Part shown: positions 11,560-21,726 of the stretch, piece by piece
Numbering within the stretch: position 1 is the stretch's first letter
How the letters are laid out: each line of letters opens with the position of its first letter
Assembly: GCA_965226155.1 (NCBI GenBank)
Contig: OZ245331.1
Span: forward strand, 1,338,605-1,402,604
Source of the DNA: Gammaproteobacteria bacterium
GTDB lineage: Bacteria; Pseudomonadota; Gammaproteobacteria; Eutrophobiales; Eutrophobiaceae
Direction of reading: 5' to 3'
DNA length: 64,000 bases
Translations under genes and position numbers: made by a program
Notes under the pieces: model-generated
The model's database searches: none
Told to the model about the DNA's origin: nothing
The model's input: the letters and a program-made list of their open reading frames with translations, nothing else

Positions 11560-12681
11560 TTATTGAGAAAATTTTGGCCGTTGTGATACTTCGTTGCTAA
11601 GTATTAATTTCCTCCATCCAAGCAGAATACTGAGATTAATTTTTTCGCTGGGTTGAAGCTGGGAAATCTGTTGAATTGTCTGCTGTGAGTCCAACAATGG
11701 TTTACCATTAATTTCAGTTATGATATCTCCTGGCATAATTCCTGCCTTTGCAGCAGGGCTGTTGTTAAATACCCCCATCACTAAAACGCCTGCATCATCA
11801 AGATTTGCTGCTTTTGAAATGTCCATAGGAACTGGTTGTGCTTCAATACCTAACCAGCCGCGGACTACAAAGCCGTTGCTGATCAGTTGTTGCATGACCG
11901 ATATGGCTAGATCGATGGGTATGGCAAATCCGATACCCTGGGAACCACCTGAATTAGAAAAGATTGCAGTGTTGATACCGATCAACTCTCCTTTTGCATT
12001 AATCAAAGCACCACCTGAGTTTCCTGGGTTGATGGCGGCATCAGTTTGAATAAAGTCTTCGATCACAGAAACACCTAATCGACTTCGTCCTGTTGCGCTC
12101 ACTATTCCTTGGGTGATGGTTTGGCCAAAGTCGTACGGGTTGCCTATTGCTAAGACGATATCGCCTACCTTGAGAAAGTTCGAGTTGCCGATGGGGGCAT
12201 ATGGCAAATCATCTAGATTGATCTGCAGGACGGCAAGATCTGTTTCTTTATCAATCCCTACGATTTGTCCCTTAGACTGCCTTCCATCGCTCAGCGTAAT
12301 GAGAATATCACTAGCATTCTCAATGACGTGTGCGTTTGTCAGCACATGTCCGGATCCATTAATAATGACACCTGATCCCAGGTTATTATTACGTTTCTGA
12401 TCCGGTATAGGATCACCGAAAAACCGTCTGAAAATAGGGTCATTTAACAGCGGGTTTGTTTCACGCGTCAGGATTTGTGTAGCGTAAACATTTACCACGG
12501 CAGGGGCTACTGAAGTAATGGCATCGTGATACGATACAACAGTGTCTTTTGGTTTGTCTGGTTGGCTAGTTGTTACAGAATTTGTATGGGGCTGAGGGAG
12601 GAGAATACCCGGAAAGAAATACACCAAGAAAAGGGCTATGATTACCCCGCTCAATACGGATTGGACCACGAATTTCTGCAT
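11560..12681 (-). CDS. degS: DegS/AlgW-like periplasmic serine endoprotease (trypsin domain + single PDZ, N-terminal membrane anchor)
   Basis: 373 aa; catalytic triad context (TNAHV, D, GNSGGAL), one C-terminal PDZ; position after hisGD matches algW in Pseudomonas. Confidence 0.8.
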   Translation of the reverse strand: MQKFVVQSVLSGVIIALFLVYFFPGILLPQPHTNSVTTSQPDKPKDTVVSYHDAITSVAPAVVNVYATQILTRETNPLLNDPIFRRFFGDPIPDQKRNNNLGSGVIINGSGHVLTNAHVIENASDILITLSDGRQSKGQIVGIDKETDLAVLQINLDDLPYAPIGNSNFLKVGDIVLAIGNPYDFGQTITQGIVSATGRSRLGVSVIEDFIQTDAAINPGNSGGALINAKGELIGINTAIFSNSGGSQGIGFAIPIDLAISVMQQLISNGFVVRGWLGIEAQPVPMDISKAANLDDAGVLVMGVFNNSPAAKAGIMPGDIITEINGKPLLDSQQTIQQISQLQPSEKINLSILLGWRKLILSNEVSQRPKFSQ

Positions 12682-12899
12682 ACTTTTGATTTTAATTCTG
12701 TTTAGCTAATAGTATGGCTCAAGTGGTGGTTATGACGCTACCCATATACGATAATCTGTTTTTCGTGAAACAGCCTGATTTTCGCTTATACCCTCGATTT
12801 ATCATGTTATAATTTCATGCCCATTAGATTTTAGTCTTCGACAATTGGAGAATAACAATAATAATTGTAGATGGAGTTGATGTCAGTAGAAGGCGGTTT

Positions 12900-13463
12900 T
12901 TGACAACGACTGCCACCGTAGTCGGCGGAGCGGGTGCTGTAGCAACCACAATACCGTTCATTTCTACCATGACTCCGAGCGCAAGAACCCGGGCCATTGG
13001 TGCACCAATTGAAGTTGATATCGGAGAACTGAAGGCCGGCGAGATGATGGTCAAACAATGGCAGGGTAAACCGGTCTGGATCCTGCGCCGTGACTCGTCA
13101 TCGTTAAGCGGTATCGAAGCCCTTGAAGATGAAGTCAGGGATCCCAATTCCGATAAGGAGCAGCAGCCTGAATATGCGAAGAATGAGTATCGCTCGGTCA
13201 AGCCTGAGTACCTGATTGTCCTCGGTCTCTGTACGCACCTCGGGTGTTCTCCTAAATATGTGACTCATGATGAGGGAGATGCATATAGCCTGGGAAGTGA
13301 CTGGAATGGCGGATTTTTCTGCCCTTGTCATGGCAGCAAGTTTGATTTGGCTGGTCGCGTTTACAAGGGCTTTCCCGCACCCACGAACCTAATAGTACCG
13401 CCGCATCAATACCTGAGCGAAACCCGTGTATTGATTGGTGTTGATCCCGAATATCTTTCATGA
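12900..13463 (+). CDS. petA: ubiquinol-cytochrome c reductase Rieske iron-sulfur subunit (true start probably upstream, see findings)
   Basis: Rieske boxes CTHLGC and CPCHGS; the called TTG start lacks the Tat signal, which is encoded in-frame just upstream (SRRRFL). Confidence 0.85.
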   Translation: MTTTATVVGGAGAVATTIPFISTMTPSARTRAIGAPIEVDIGELKAGEMMVKQWQGKPVWILRRDSSSLSGIEALEDEVRDPNSDKEQQPEYAKNEYRSVKPEYLIVLGLCTHLGCSPKYVTHDEGDAYSLGSDWNGGFFCPCHGSKFDLAGRVYKGFPAPTNLIVPPHQYLSETRVLIGVDPEYLS

Positions 13464-14695
13464 ACACAGCTGTTAAATATCTCGTTGCGTTCAGAGATTG
13501 GATCGATGCCCGTTTTCCATTAATGGAAGAATGGAACAAGCATGCAGGAAAGTATTATGCACCGAAAAATTTTAATTTCTGGTATTACTTCGGCATACTA
13601 GCAACTGTTGTTTTTGCCATCCAAATTGTGACCGGGATCTGGTTGACGATGAACTATAAACCCGATGCCGATCTTGCCTTTGCATCTGTTGAATATATTA
13701 TGCGAGACGTGGAATGGGGCTGGTGGATCCGTTACATGCATTCCACAGGTTCGTCTGCCTTTTTCATAGTCGTGTATCTACACATGTACCGTGCACTTCT
13801 GTACGGTTCCTACAAACATCCACGGGAATTGGTATGGTTAATCGGGATGTGTATTTATTTTACCCTCATGGGGGAGGCGTTCTTTGGATACCTATTACCC
13901 TGGGGGCAGATGTCATTTTGGGGGGCGCAGGTCATCATATCTCTATTCGGTGCTATTCCTGTTATCGGCGACGACCTGTCATTGTGGATACGTGGTGATT
14001 TTGTAGTATCGGATGTTACCTTGAACCGTTTTTTCGCTTTCCATGTGATTGCCCTGCCACTAGTGCTCTGTGGTCTGGTGGTCGCGCATATTCTGGCACT
14101 GCACGAGGTCGGATCGAACAATCCCGATGGAATCGAAATAAAAGAGCACAAGGATGCTAATGGCATACCGTTGGACGGCATACCCTTCCATCCATACTAC
14201 ACGGTAAAAGACACGGTTGGGGTGGTCTTTTTCTTGATCCTGTTCAATGCTGTTGTGTTTTTCTGGCCGGAAGTGAACGGTTATTTTCTGGAGCACAACA
14301 ATTTTATCCCAGCTAATCCGTTGAAAACACCCGATCACATTGCACCGATATGGTATTTCACCCCTTTTTACGCAATCTTGCGCGCAATACCTAACCAGTT
14401 GGGGGGAATAATCGCAATGGGCCTGGCAACAATCTTGTTCTGTTTCTTGCCCTGGCTGGATCGCAGCCCTGTGAAGTCCATACGCTACCGTGGGTGGAAG
14501 TACAAGATCGCGCTGGCTACCTTCACCATCAGTTTTATTTCACTGGGATGGTTGGGAATGCAGCCTGCTACGGAAACATATACGCTAATGGCACGGTTTT
14601 TTACATTTATCTATTTCTTATTCTTTTTTCTAATGCCGATTTATACAAAAAACGATAACGATAAGCCAGTGCCTGATCGGGTGAGATATCCATGA
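13460..14695 (+). CDS. petB: cytochrome b of bc1 complex
   Basis: 411 aa polytopic; heme-ligating His pairs in helices; overlaps petA stop. Confidence 0.93.
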   Translation: MNTAVKYLVAFRDWIDARFPLMEEWNKHAGKYYAPKNFNFWYYFGILATVVFAIQIVTGIWLTMNYKPDADLAFASVEYIMRDVEWGWWIRYMHSTGSSAFFIVVYLHMYRALLYGSYKHPRELVWLIGMCIYFTLMGEAFFGYLLPWGQMSFWGAQVIISLFGAIPVIGDDLSLWIRGDFVVSDVTLNRFFAFHVIALPLVLCGLVVAHILALHEVGSNNPDGIEIKEHKDANGIPLDGIPFHPYYTVKDTVGVVFFLILFNAVVFFWPEVNGYFLEHNNFIPANPLKTPDHIAPIWYFTPFYAILRAIPNQLGGIIAMGLATILFCFLPWLDRSPVKSIRYRGWKYKIALATFTISFISLGWLGMQPATETYTLMARFFTFIYFLFFFLMPIYTKNDNDKPVPDRVRYP

Positions 14696-15444
14696 TGCGT
14701 TTGTTTATATTGTTGTCGGTTTTTCTTTACAGTCAGGTTTCACATGCAGCAGGAGAAGGTGAGCTTATGCATTTCACACCTGATCTTTCGGATCAGAAAG
14801 CATTGCAGCGTGGGGCCAGAACTTTTGTCAATTATTGTCTGACTTGCCATTCAGCCGCCTATATGCGTTTCAATCGAATTGGTGCGGATCTGGGTATTCC
14901 GGACAGTGTGCTGATGGAAAACTTCATGTTTGGTACAGACAAGGTTGGCGATACTATGACAGTTGCTATGACCAATGATGATGCCATGAATTTTTTTGGT
15001 ATTGTACCACCAGATCTTTCGGTAACGGCGCGTTCGCGAGGAGCGGACTGGTTGTACACATATTTTATGACCTTCTATCGAGATCCGTCGAGACCTTTCG
15101 GTGTCAATAATCTGACCTTTAAAGACGTTGCCATGCCACATGTCCTTTGGAAGTTACAGGGTTGGCAGGAAGCGGTGTATGTAGAAGAGACGGGTGAAGA
15201 CGGGTTGCTCGTTAAAAAAATAGATCATCTGGCACTAGCAAATTCCCGTGGTACAAAACCGGTTGCTTACCAGGAAGAGGAGTATGAGCAAACGGTCAGT
15301 GATCTAGTCAAGTTCATGGTTTACCTTGGAGAACCGATTAAACTACAGAGGTATTCATTTGGCATCTGGGTAATTGTTTATCTATTCTTCCTGCTAATCA
15401 TCGTCTATTGCTTGAAAAAAGAATACTGGAAAGACGTTCATTAG
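14692..15444 (+). CDS. petC: cytochrome c1
   Basis: 250 aa; signal peptide, CLTCH heme-binding motif, C-terminal TM anchor. Confidence 0.9.
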   Translation: MMRLFILLSVFLYSQVSHAAGEGELMHFTPDLSDQKALQRGARTFVNYCLTCHSAAYMRFNRIGADLGIPDSVLMENFMFGTDKVGDTMTVAMTNDDAMNFFGIVPPDLSVTARSRGADWLYTYFMTFYRDPSRPFGVNNLTFKDVAMPHVLWKLQGWQEAVYVEETGEDGLLVKKIDHLALANSRGTKPVAYQEEEYEQTVSDLVKFMVYLGEPIKLQRYSFGIWVIVYLFFLLIIVYCLKKEYWKDVH

Positions 15445-15504
15445 TAGCTTCATAATCCATTCTTTTATTAAATAATTCATCGAATACTGAGGGAGATAAT
15501 CTTT

Positions 15505-16137
15505 ATGACGGGTGTATCAAACAGACGCTCAGTCATGGTCCTGTATTCCGACAGCACGAGCCCCATCGGCCATGCTGTCAGGATCGTATTGGCAGAAAAA
15601 GGTATTAATGTAGAGATTAATTATGTCGCAGGAGATGAAGACTTACCGGAAGAGATTGTAGAGATAAATCCCTACAATTCGATATTAACTCTCATTGATC
15701 GTGAATTGGTTCTATATGATGCACAAATAATAATGGAATATCTGGATGAACGTTTTCCTCACCCGCCACTAATGCCGGTTGATCCAGTGACACGTGCTAG
15801 TAACAGGCAACTCCGATATAGGGTCATGAGAGATCTGTACTCATGTGTAAATGAAATGACTAGCGAAAATGAAATAGCTGTAGCGAATACCAAGAAAACC
15901 ATTCGTGACCAACTGACTTCAATTGCAGTCGCATTTACTCAAAAACCGTTTTTCATGTCTGATGACTATTCGCTAGTGGATTGTTGTATGGCCCCGTTGC
16001 TCTGGCGTCTGGATTTTTATGGGATAAAATTACCTTCGTCTGCCAAGCCTATGCTGCAATATGCAGATAGGCTATTTAGCCGTGATGCTTTTCAAAACAG
16101 TTTGTCTGAACAAGAGCGTGAATTAAGGGCAGCCTAA
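15505..16137 (+). CDS. sspA: stringent starvation protein A (GST-fold, RNAP-associated)
   Basis: 210 aa; aligns along length with E. coli SspA (RSVMVLYS..., IMEYLDERFPHPPLMPV). Confidence 0.92.
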   Translation: MTGVSNRRSVMVLYSDSTSPIGHAVRIVLAEKGINVEINYVAGDEDLPEEIVEINPYNSILTLIDRELVLYDAQIIMEYLDERFPHPPLMPVDPVTRASNRQLRYRVMRDLYSCVNEMTSENEIAVANTKKTIRDQLTSIAVAFTQKPFFMSDDYSLVDCCMAPLLWRLDFYGIKLPSSAKPMLQYADRLFSRDAFQNSLSEQERELRAA

Positions 16138-16164
16138 TCCGGTACTCTGAATATCAACGTTAAA

Positions 16165-16548
16165 ATGACGGCTAACAGACCATACATTATACGTGGATTG
16201 TATGACTGGATTATTGATAACGACATGACTCCGCATCTTATGGTTGATGCAGGTTATCCAGATACACATGTACCTGAAAAATATATAAAGGATGGTAAAG
16301 TTGTTCTGAACATTTCAACTGCTTCTGTCAAAGAACTGGATTTGGGAAACGAATTAATTTCATTTAATGCAAGATTTGCCGGTCAGCCGGTCAAAATCAT
16401 GGTGCCGGACAATGCTGTGATGGCCATTTATGCAAGGGAAAACGGCAATGGAATGATCTTTACCGAGGAAACCTTAACGAATGCTAGTACCGTTGCAGAT
16501 GACAAAGCGTCTGCGATAAAAAAACCCTCTCTGAAAATAGTTAAATAA
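16165..16548 (+). CDS. sspB: ClpXP adaptor SspB
   Basis: 127 aa; RPYIIRGLYDWI N-terminus typical of SspB; sspAB pair. Confidence 0.9.
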   Translation: MTANRPYIIRGLYDWIIDNDMTPHLMVDAGYPDTHVPEKYIKDGKVVLNISTASVKELDLGNELISFNARFAGQPVKIMVPDNAVMAIYARENGNGMIFTEETLTNASTVADDKASAIKKPSLKIVK

Positions 16549-16554
16549 TTTCGA

Positions 16555-17133
16555 TCAATCTACGAACTGAAACAGTTTAACTACTTTTTGAACACCCCCG
16601 GTTTGCCTAGCAATTTCTGTTGCTCTGTCTGCCTGTGCTCTTGCTGATAAGCCCATCAGATAGACTACACCCTTTTCGGTAACGACCTTTACTTCTAGTC
16701 CTTTTACTTCTTTTGATGTGAGTAATTTTGTTTTTACCTTTGAAGTAATGAGGGAGTCACTGCTTCTGGATATAAGGGAACTAGGTGCAGCGATGGTAAT
16801 TTCATTGTAGACATGTGTTACCTTTTCAACATTCCGTACCATTTCCACGGTGCGTTGACGCAGTTCTTCATCTGGTGCTTCACCAGTTATCAGAACGTAG
16901 GTGTTGTAACTAGTGAAATTAAAATGGGTTTTTTCATTTAACTCTTTGTCGGCATATAAAGCCTGGGTGGCTTTTAATTCAATGCTCTGATCTTCAATGA
17001 CAGTACCAGTCGTTCGTTTGTCTATTGCTACGGATGTACCGGTCGCAATGCCAGTAACAGCCACCACGGCACAACCCTGAAGAAAAAGTAAACTGAGTAA
17101 AAATGTGTATTTTTGAAAAATGTTTTTCAGCAT
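16555..17133 (-). CDS. dolP: outer-membrane lipoprotein DolP (YraP), dual BON domain
   Basis: 192 aa; lipobox LQGC; two BON domains; conserved dolP-diaA-yraN-lpoA/rsmI neighbourhood. Confidence 0.85.
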   Translation of the reverse strand: MLKNIFQKYTFLLSLLFLQGCAVVAVTGIATGTSVAIDKRTTGTVIEDQSIELKATQALYADKELNEKTHFNFTSYNTYVLITGEAPDEELRQRTVEMVRNVEKVTHVYNEITIAAPSSLISRSSDSLITSKVKTKLLTSKEVKGLEVKVVTEKGVVYLMGLSARAQADRATEIARQTGGVQKVVKLFQFVD

Positions 17134-17137
17134 GGTT

Positions 17138-17749
<612 letters not shown>

Positions 17750-17768
17750 TCAAAGTAATTAACTGAAA

Positions 17769-18135
17769 TCAGGCCTCGAATGCATTTTTATACCAGTTTA
17801 TTTCCGGCGATAGCAGATTGCCGGTCAATGTCACTATATCAAACCGACATGAATTAATATGTTTATGATGTAATTGTAGGTACTGTTGGCTGGTGTAAAT
17901 AATTTTTTTAAGCTTTTTTATCAATAGTTTCAATTGGATCTAGAAAATCTGAAGATGACCGGTAACGTACCTCTATAAATACTGTAATTTGGTTGTCTTC
18001 CATTATCAGGGCAATCTCTCCTGATCGGGTTCTATAGTTTCGGTGCATCAGTATAAGATCATTTTTTTCAAGGAAAGCAAGCGCCTGGTCTTCAGATAGT
18101 TTGCCGCGTTCAGACGTTGTGTTGGTATCAATCAA
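17769..18135 (-). pseudogene. yraN: YraN-family (UPF0102) endonuclease-like gene interrupted by a 1-nt insertion in an A6 tract
   Basis: Track ORF 17908..18135 encodes only the N-terminal 75 aa (..GEIALIMEDNQITVFIEVRYR..). Dropping one A from the A6 run (plus-strand T6 at 17914-17919) restores the conserved C-terminus ..CRFDIVTLTGN..EINWYKNAF ending at 17769. Confidence 0.8.
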
Positions 18136-20000
18136 AAAGTATTGCCGATATCAATGATTTTTGGTTCTCCATTAATAAATTTTGCCCATAGTAAATTTCG
18201 ATGGATGACGCCATCATCTGTCATAAATAATTCTCCAGTTGCTCCGGTATAACGATTGGTGCGATCAGCAGCCATTTTACCGAGGTTGGTAATGATCCGG
18301 AATGAATCAACCCCGAATGCATAGTAACGTGGGAAGGTCGTGCTTTGTGACTTCCAGCGACTATTTATTAATAACTGAATATCATCTTGTTTTTCAGTTG
18401 GTTGAAGTACCCAAGGAATATCGACTAACTCTACCCCGTTTAGATCACTGTCACTCTGAGGATTAGGTTTCCCGCGATAAATATGAGAGATGGAATAAAT
18501 TGGCAATTCACCCGCACGGAAAAACCGTAATTGCGGAACAAGCTGATTTGCAGGAAGATTGTTAGCAACCATGAATATGAAATCTGCATCTTCACGTACA
18601 CGACTTACACCATTCATGTTCCTACCAATTTTTTGCTTTAATGCGTTGATTCTGTATTCACTGCTTTCGATGTTAAGTAGAGATTTCACGGGTGCGATAA
18701 AATCTTTGGATGAGGGGTCATAGTTAACACGCTCTAGAACGATGCCTCCCATCTTCTCCCATACATTATTGAAAGCATTGAATATCCTATTCCCCAATTC
18801 GTCTGCTGGCGTGATGATTAATACTCTATTATGGCCTTCAAATATGCCGCGTTCTGCTACTTGTCTTGCCTCATCTTCTGGTAATAAACCAAATTGAATC
18901 AGTCTTGCAGGGGATAAAAGTTGATAGTCACTGTTAACAAAATCGTCTTTTTCAATTTGGTTCAGAGCCAGCGTCCTTACCGGCAATGTCCCTCGATCAT
19001 ATAATGATCTAACAGCCTTTTTTTCCAAAGGACCCACGATAAAGTCCGCTCCTTCTTCGACTGCCTTATCGTATATAGTATTTATATTGAGAGAATTGGC
19101 ATTATAAATTCTGACTTTTGGTTTGTACTCTTTTTCAACGAACCAAGCCGCAAGGAAACCGTCTCTGATTCGCTCAGAATATCTTTCAAAGCCACCCGTT
19201 AACGGTAGTAATAATGCAATTTGTTGAGGTTTGAAACTGGATACCATTGTCATTTCCAGAATTTGAGAAACTATGGACAAATTTGCAGGGTGACGAGGAT
19301 AGTAATCCTGCCACGCTCCAACAGCGTTTTTCAATTCTTCTGGTTTGGAGGCCAGTGTCTTGTTGATAACGGCCAGTTCTATCCACGGATTCAGATCTGA
19401 TTGGCTAGTGATCTCCAATTCGATCATTTCCTGGGCATCAATTTTATTTAGGTTTCTCCATATGAGTTGCAGGTTTTCAAGTTTTTCAGATGCATCTTGA
19501 ATATATCCCTGCATTTCCAGCCGTTCCTTAGTTGCTTGCAGATAAGCCATTTGTTTGTTGAAGAGACTTGCCCTTAGTCCATGGTAAATCAGAATAAATT
19601 CATCTGGTAATTCGTGTGAATTACTGATCTCTTCTAGTAGGTTCAATGCTTTAATAACGTTGCTCTGGAATAGGGCCAGTTTTGCCAGAATAATATTTTT
19701 TTGCGATAGCTGTTGGCTGTTTCCAGAATTAATTTGTGTATCGTTGATCAATTGGATAGCTGCCTCAGGCCTACCGTCTTCAATAAGTGCATTAGCGGCC
19801 ATAAGTTGATATTCAACCATACGAGCAGGGTATTGCTGGGAGAGCTGTATATATTCTTCAGCTGCCACAGCAAACTGTCCTGTATGCAGCAATTGTTTCG
19901 CCTCAAAGGCAGGATCGATGGCGGGGCCTTTGAATGTAGTGACAGCGCTACACCCATATAACATAAATAGGGTAATGATTAAAAAACAGAGAAATCGCAT
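18132..20000 (-). CDS. lpoA: penicillin-binding protein activator LpoA (YraM)
   Basis: 622 aa lipoprotein (lipobox LYGC), N-terminal TPR-like region plus C-terminal periplasmic binding fold; divergent from rsmI as in E. coli. Confidence 0.85.
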   Translation of the reverse strand: MRFLCFLIITLFMLYGCSAVTTFKGPAIDPAFEAKQLLHTGQFAVAAEEYIQLSQQYPARMVEYQLMAANALIEDGRPEAAIQLINDTQINSGNSQQLSQKNIILAKLALFQSNVIKALNLLEEISNSHELPDEFILIYHGLRASLFNKQMAYLQATKERLEMQGYIQDASEKLENLQLIWRNLNKIDAQEMIELEITSQSDLNPWIELAVINKTLASKPEELKNAVGAWQDYYPRHPANLSIVSQILEMTMVSSFKPQQIALLLPLTGGFERYSERIRDGFLAAWFVEKEYKPKVRIYNANSLNINTIYDKAVEEGADFIVGPLEKKAVRSLYDRGTLPVRTLALNQIEKDDFVNSDYQLLSPARLIQFGLLPEDEARQVAERGIFEGHNRVLIITPADELGNRIFNAFNNVWEKMGGIVLERVNYDPSSKDFIAPVKSLLNIESSEYRINALKQKIGRNMNGVSRVREDADFIFMVANNLPANQLVPQLRFFRAGELPIYSISHIYRGKPNPQSDSDLNGVELVDIPWVLQPTEKQDDIQLLINSRWKSQSTTFPRYYAFGVDSFRIITNLGKMAADRTNRYTGATGELFMTDDGVIHRNLLWAKFINGEPKIIDIGNTF

Positions 20001-20047
20001 AATTAGATTATAGTATTTACAGATAGATATTCGACCAGCCTAACCAA

Positions 20048-20908
20048 GTGGAGTTTAATGTGTCAAATGATACTGGTACCCTTTTTGTAGTAGCAACACC
20101 GATAGGTAATCTCGATGACTTGAGTCCAAGAGCGGTACGTACTTTGAAAAAAGTCGATTTCATTGCTGCTGAGGACACACGACACAGTAGGAAAATACTG
20201 GTCCACTATGGAATTGAAACTGTGCTCAAGTCTTACCATGAGTTCAGTAATAAGGAGACCGGGAAAAATCTGATCACTGTATTGGAAAAAGGCAAAAGTA
20301 TTGCCCTTATCAGTGATGCAGGAACGCCACTGATCAGTGACCCAGGTTTTAGCCTGGTCGTCGCAGCACATGAGCGTCGGATCCGAGTCGTTCCCATTCC
20401 AGGCCCATCTGCATTAATCAGTGGGTTAGCCGTATCTGGGATGCCGACGGATAAATTTATTTTCGAAGGCTTTCTTCCGACTCGTAGCCATGCCCGGCTC
20501 AACATCTTGAATGGACTCAGAGATGAATCCCGAACGATAATTTTTTTTGAAGCACCACATCGTATTGATGACTTTTTAAATGATGCTATCAAGGTATTTG
20601 GCCCCGATCGTCCTGCGACTATTGCTAGGGAAATGACAAAAGTTTTTGAAACTGTCCATAAAAATAACCTTGAAAATTTACTGTCTTTCGTAATTGATAA
20701 TCCGGAACAGCGTAAAGGTGAATTTGTTGTAATAGTCCAAGGTAACAGCAATAGTGACAATGAAATAACCATGCATGATGAGAAATTACTCGAATTACTC
20801 TTACAGGAAATGCCGTTGAAAAAGGCAGCAAATATCGTCGCGCAGCATTCCGGGAAAAGTAAAAATCAGTTGTATAAAATTGGACTAAAACTTAGGGAGA
20901 AAATCTAA
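20048..20908 (+). CDS. rsmI: 16S rRNA (cytidine1402-2'-O)-methyltransferase RsmI
   Basis: 286 aa; tetrapyrrole-methylase fold motifs (LFVVATPIGNLDD, AEDTRHS). Confidence 0.9.
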   Translation: MEFNVSNDTGTLFVVATPIGNLDDLSPRAVRTLKKVDFIAAEDTRHSRKILVHYGIETVLKSYHEFSNKETGKNLITVLEKGKSIALISDAGTPLISDPGFSLVVAAHERRIRVVPIPGPSALISGLAVSGMPTDKFIFEGFLPTRSHARLNILNGLRDESRTIIFFEAPHRIDDFLNDAIKVFGPDRPATIAREMTKVFETVHKNNLENLLSFVIDNPEQRKGEFVVIVQGNSNSDNEITMHDEKLLELLLQEMPLKKAANIVAQHSGKSKNQLYKIGLKLREKI

Positions 20909-20941
20909 TAATCGCTTGAAAGTCAACCATATTTCAAGTTA

Positions 20942-21347
20942 ACTAGTCTATGAGTCGGTCGGACAATCGCCCCTTTAGGGGAGGAAAGTCCGGGCTCCGC
21001 AGGGCATGACGCCAGGTAACACCTGGGCGGCGTGAGTCGACGGAAAGTGCCACAGAAAATATACCGCCAATCAAAAGGGGTCAGAGTCATTTGATTTTTC
21101 AGTCTGACTTAAAGGAAATCAAGCGACTCTGACCTCTTGGGATGGTAAGGGTGAAATGGTGCGGTAAGAGCGCACCGCGTATCTGGCAACAGAACGGCAT
21201 GGTAAACCCCGTCCGGAGCAAGGCCAAATAGGGGGACAGATGATGTGGCCCACATCGTCCCCGGGTAGGCCGCTTGAGGTGTATGGTGACATACATCCCA
21301 GATGAATGGTTGTCCAAGACAGAACCCGGCTTACAGGCCGACTCACT
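20942..21347 (+). ncRNA. rnpB: RNase P RNA (bacterial type A)
   Basis: Universally conserved blocks GGAAAGTCCGGGCTCC, AGGGTGAAATGGTGCGGTAAGAGCGCACC, CGGAGCAAGGCCAAATAGGGG, ACAGAACCCGGCTTA; terminal P1 pairing AGTCGG/CCGACT. The antisense ORFs 21099..21346 are spurious. Confidence 0.92.
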
Positions 21348-21385
21348 AATTTCTTCCCTCAGAGCTCACACTGCTAAGTATCGGT

Positions 21386-21427
21386 AAATCTCATCATTCA
21401 TTTTTCATGAGATTTGGGAGTTTTTAA
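21386..21427 (+). terminator. possible intrinsic terminator downstream of rnpB (AAATCTCAT..ATGAGATTT hairpin followed by a T-rich run)
   Basis: 9-bp inverted repeat with 11-nt loop followed by GGGAGTTTTT; stem is AT-rich so weak. Confidence 0.3.
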
Positions 21428-21673
21428 GCCGATTGTAGCCATACTTGCCTCAATCCTACTGTTAGTAACCAATTACTATCATTATTCTGTCAATTTACAT
21501 CAACTATATTTCTTAACCCGATGAAATAAATAGAGTTAATTTTTTGGTTATCATTAACCAATTCTCGATACCCATAAAACGAGCATAAGTATTTGTAATT
21601 AAAGGCAGAATCCCTCCAGAAAATCGCAAGATTTGCTTGACACATTACTTTAGAACTTCCTATAGTTCGCCTG

Positions 21674-21698
21674 GTGGGGAATTATGGGGAAAAGTGGT
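21674..21698 (+). promoter_or_regulatory. putative MraZ operator: three direct TGGGG/TGG repeats with 10-bp phasing about 40 bp upstream of mraZ
   Basis: GGTGGGGAAT TATGGGGAAA AGTGGTT; matches the phased TGGGN direct-repeat architecture bound by MraZ in E. coli. Confidence 0.55.
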
Positions 21699-21726
21699 TT
21701 TTTATTATAAAAACAGGGGTATTTAA

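Noticed and set aside
12900-12902. TTG as the petA start codon, as in the ORF track
   Set aside because: This would remove the twin-arginine signal that is encoded in-frame immediately upstream. Kept as a feature boundary but flagged as probably wrong.
17903-17919. Possibility that the yraN and pilB homopolymer sites are programmed frameshift or phase-variable switches
   Set aside because: Tracts are only 6-7 nt. There are no slippery heptamer or stimulatory structure signals. Co-occurrence with non-homopolymer indels (gdh) and a nonsense codon (pgeF) is better explained by decay or sequencing error.
21099-21346. Two minus-strand ORFs (72 and 75 aa) in the track
   Set aside because: They lie entirely antisense within the RNase P RNA gene, whose conserved sequence blocks are unmistakable. 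Spurious.
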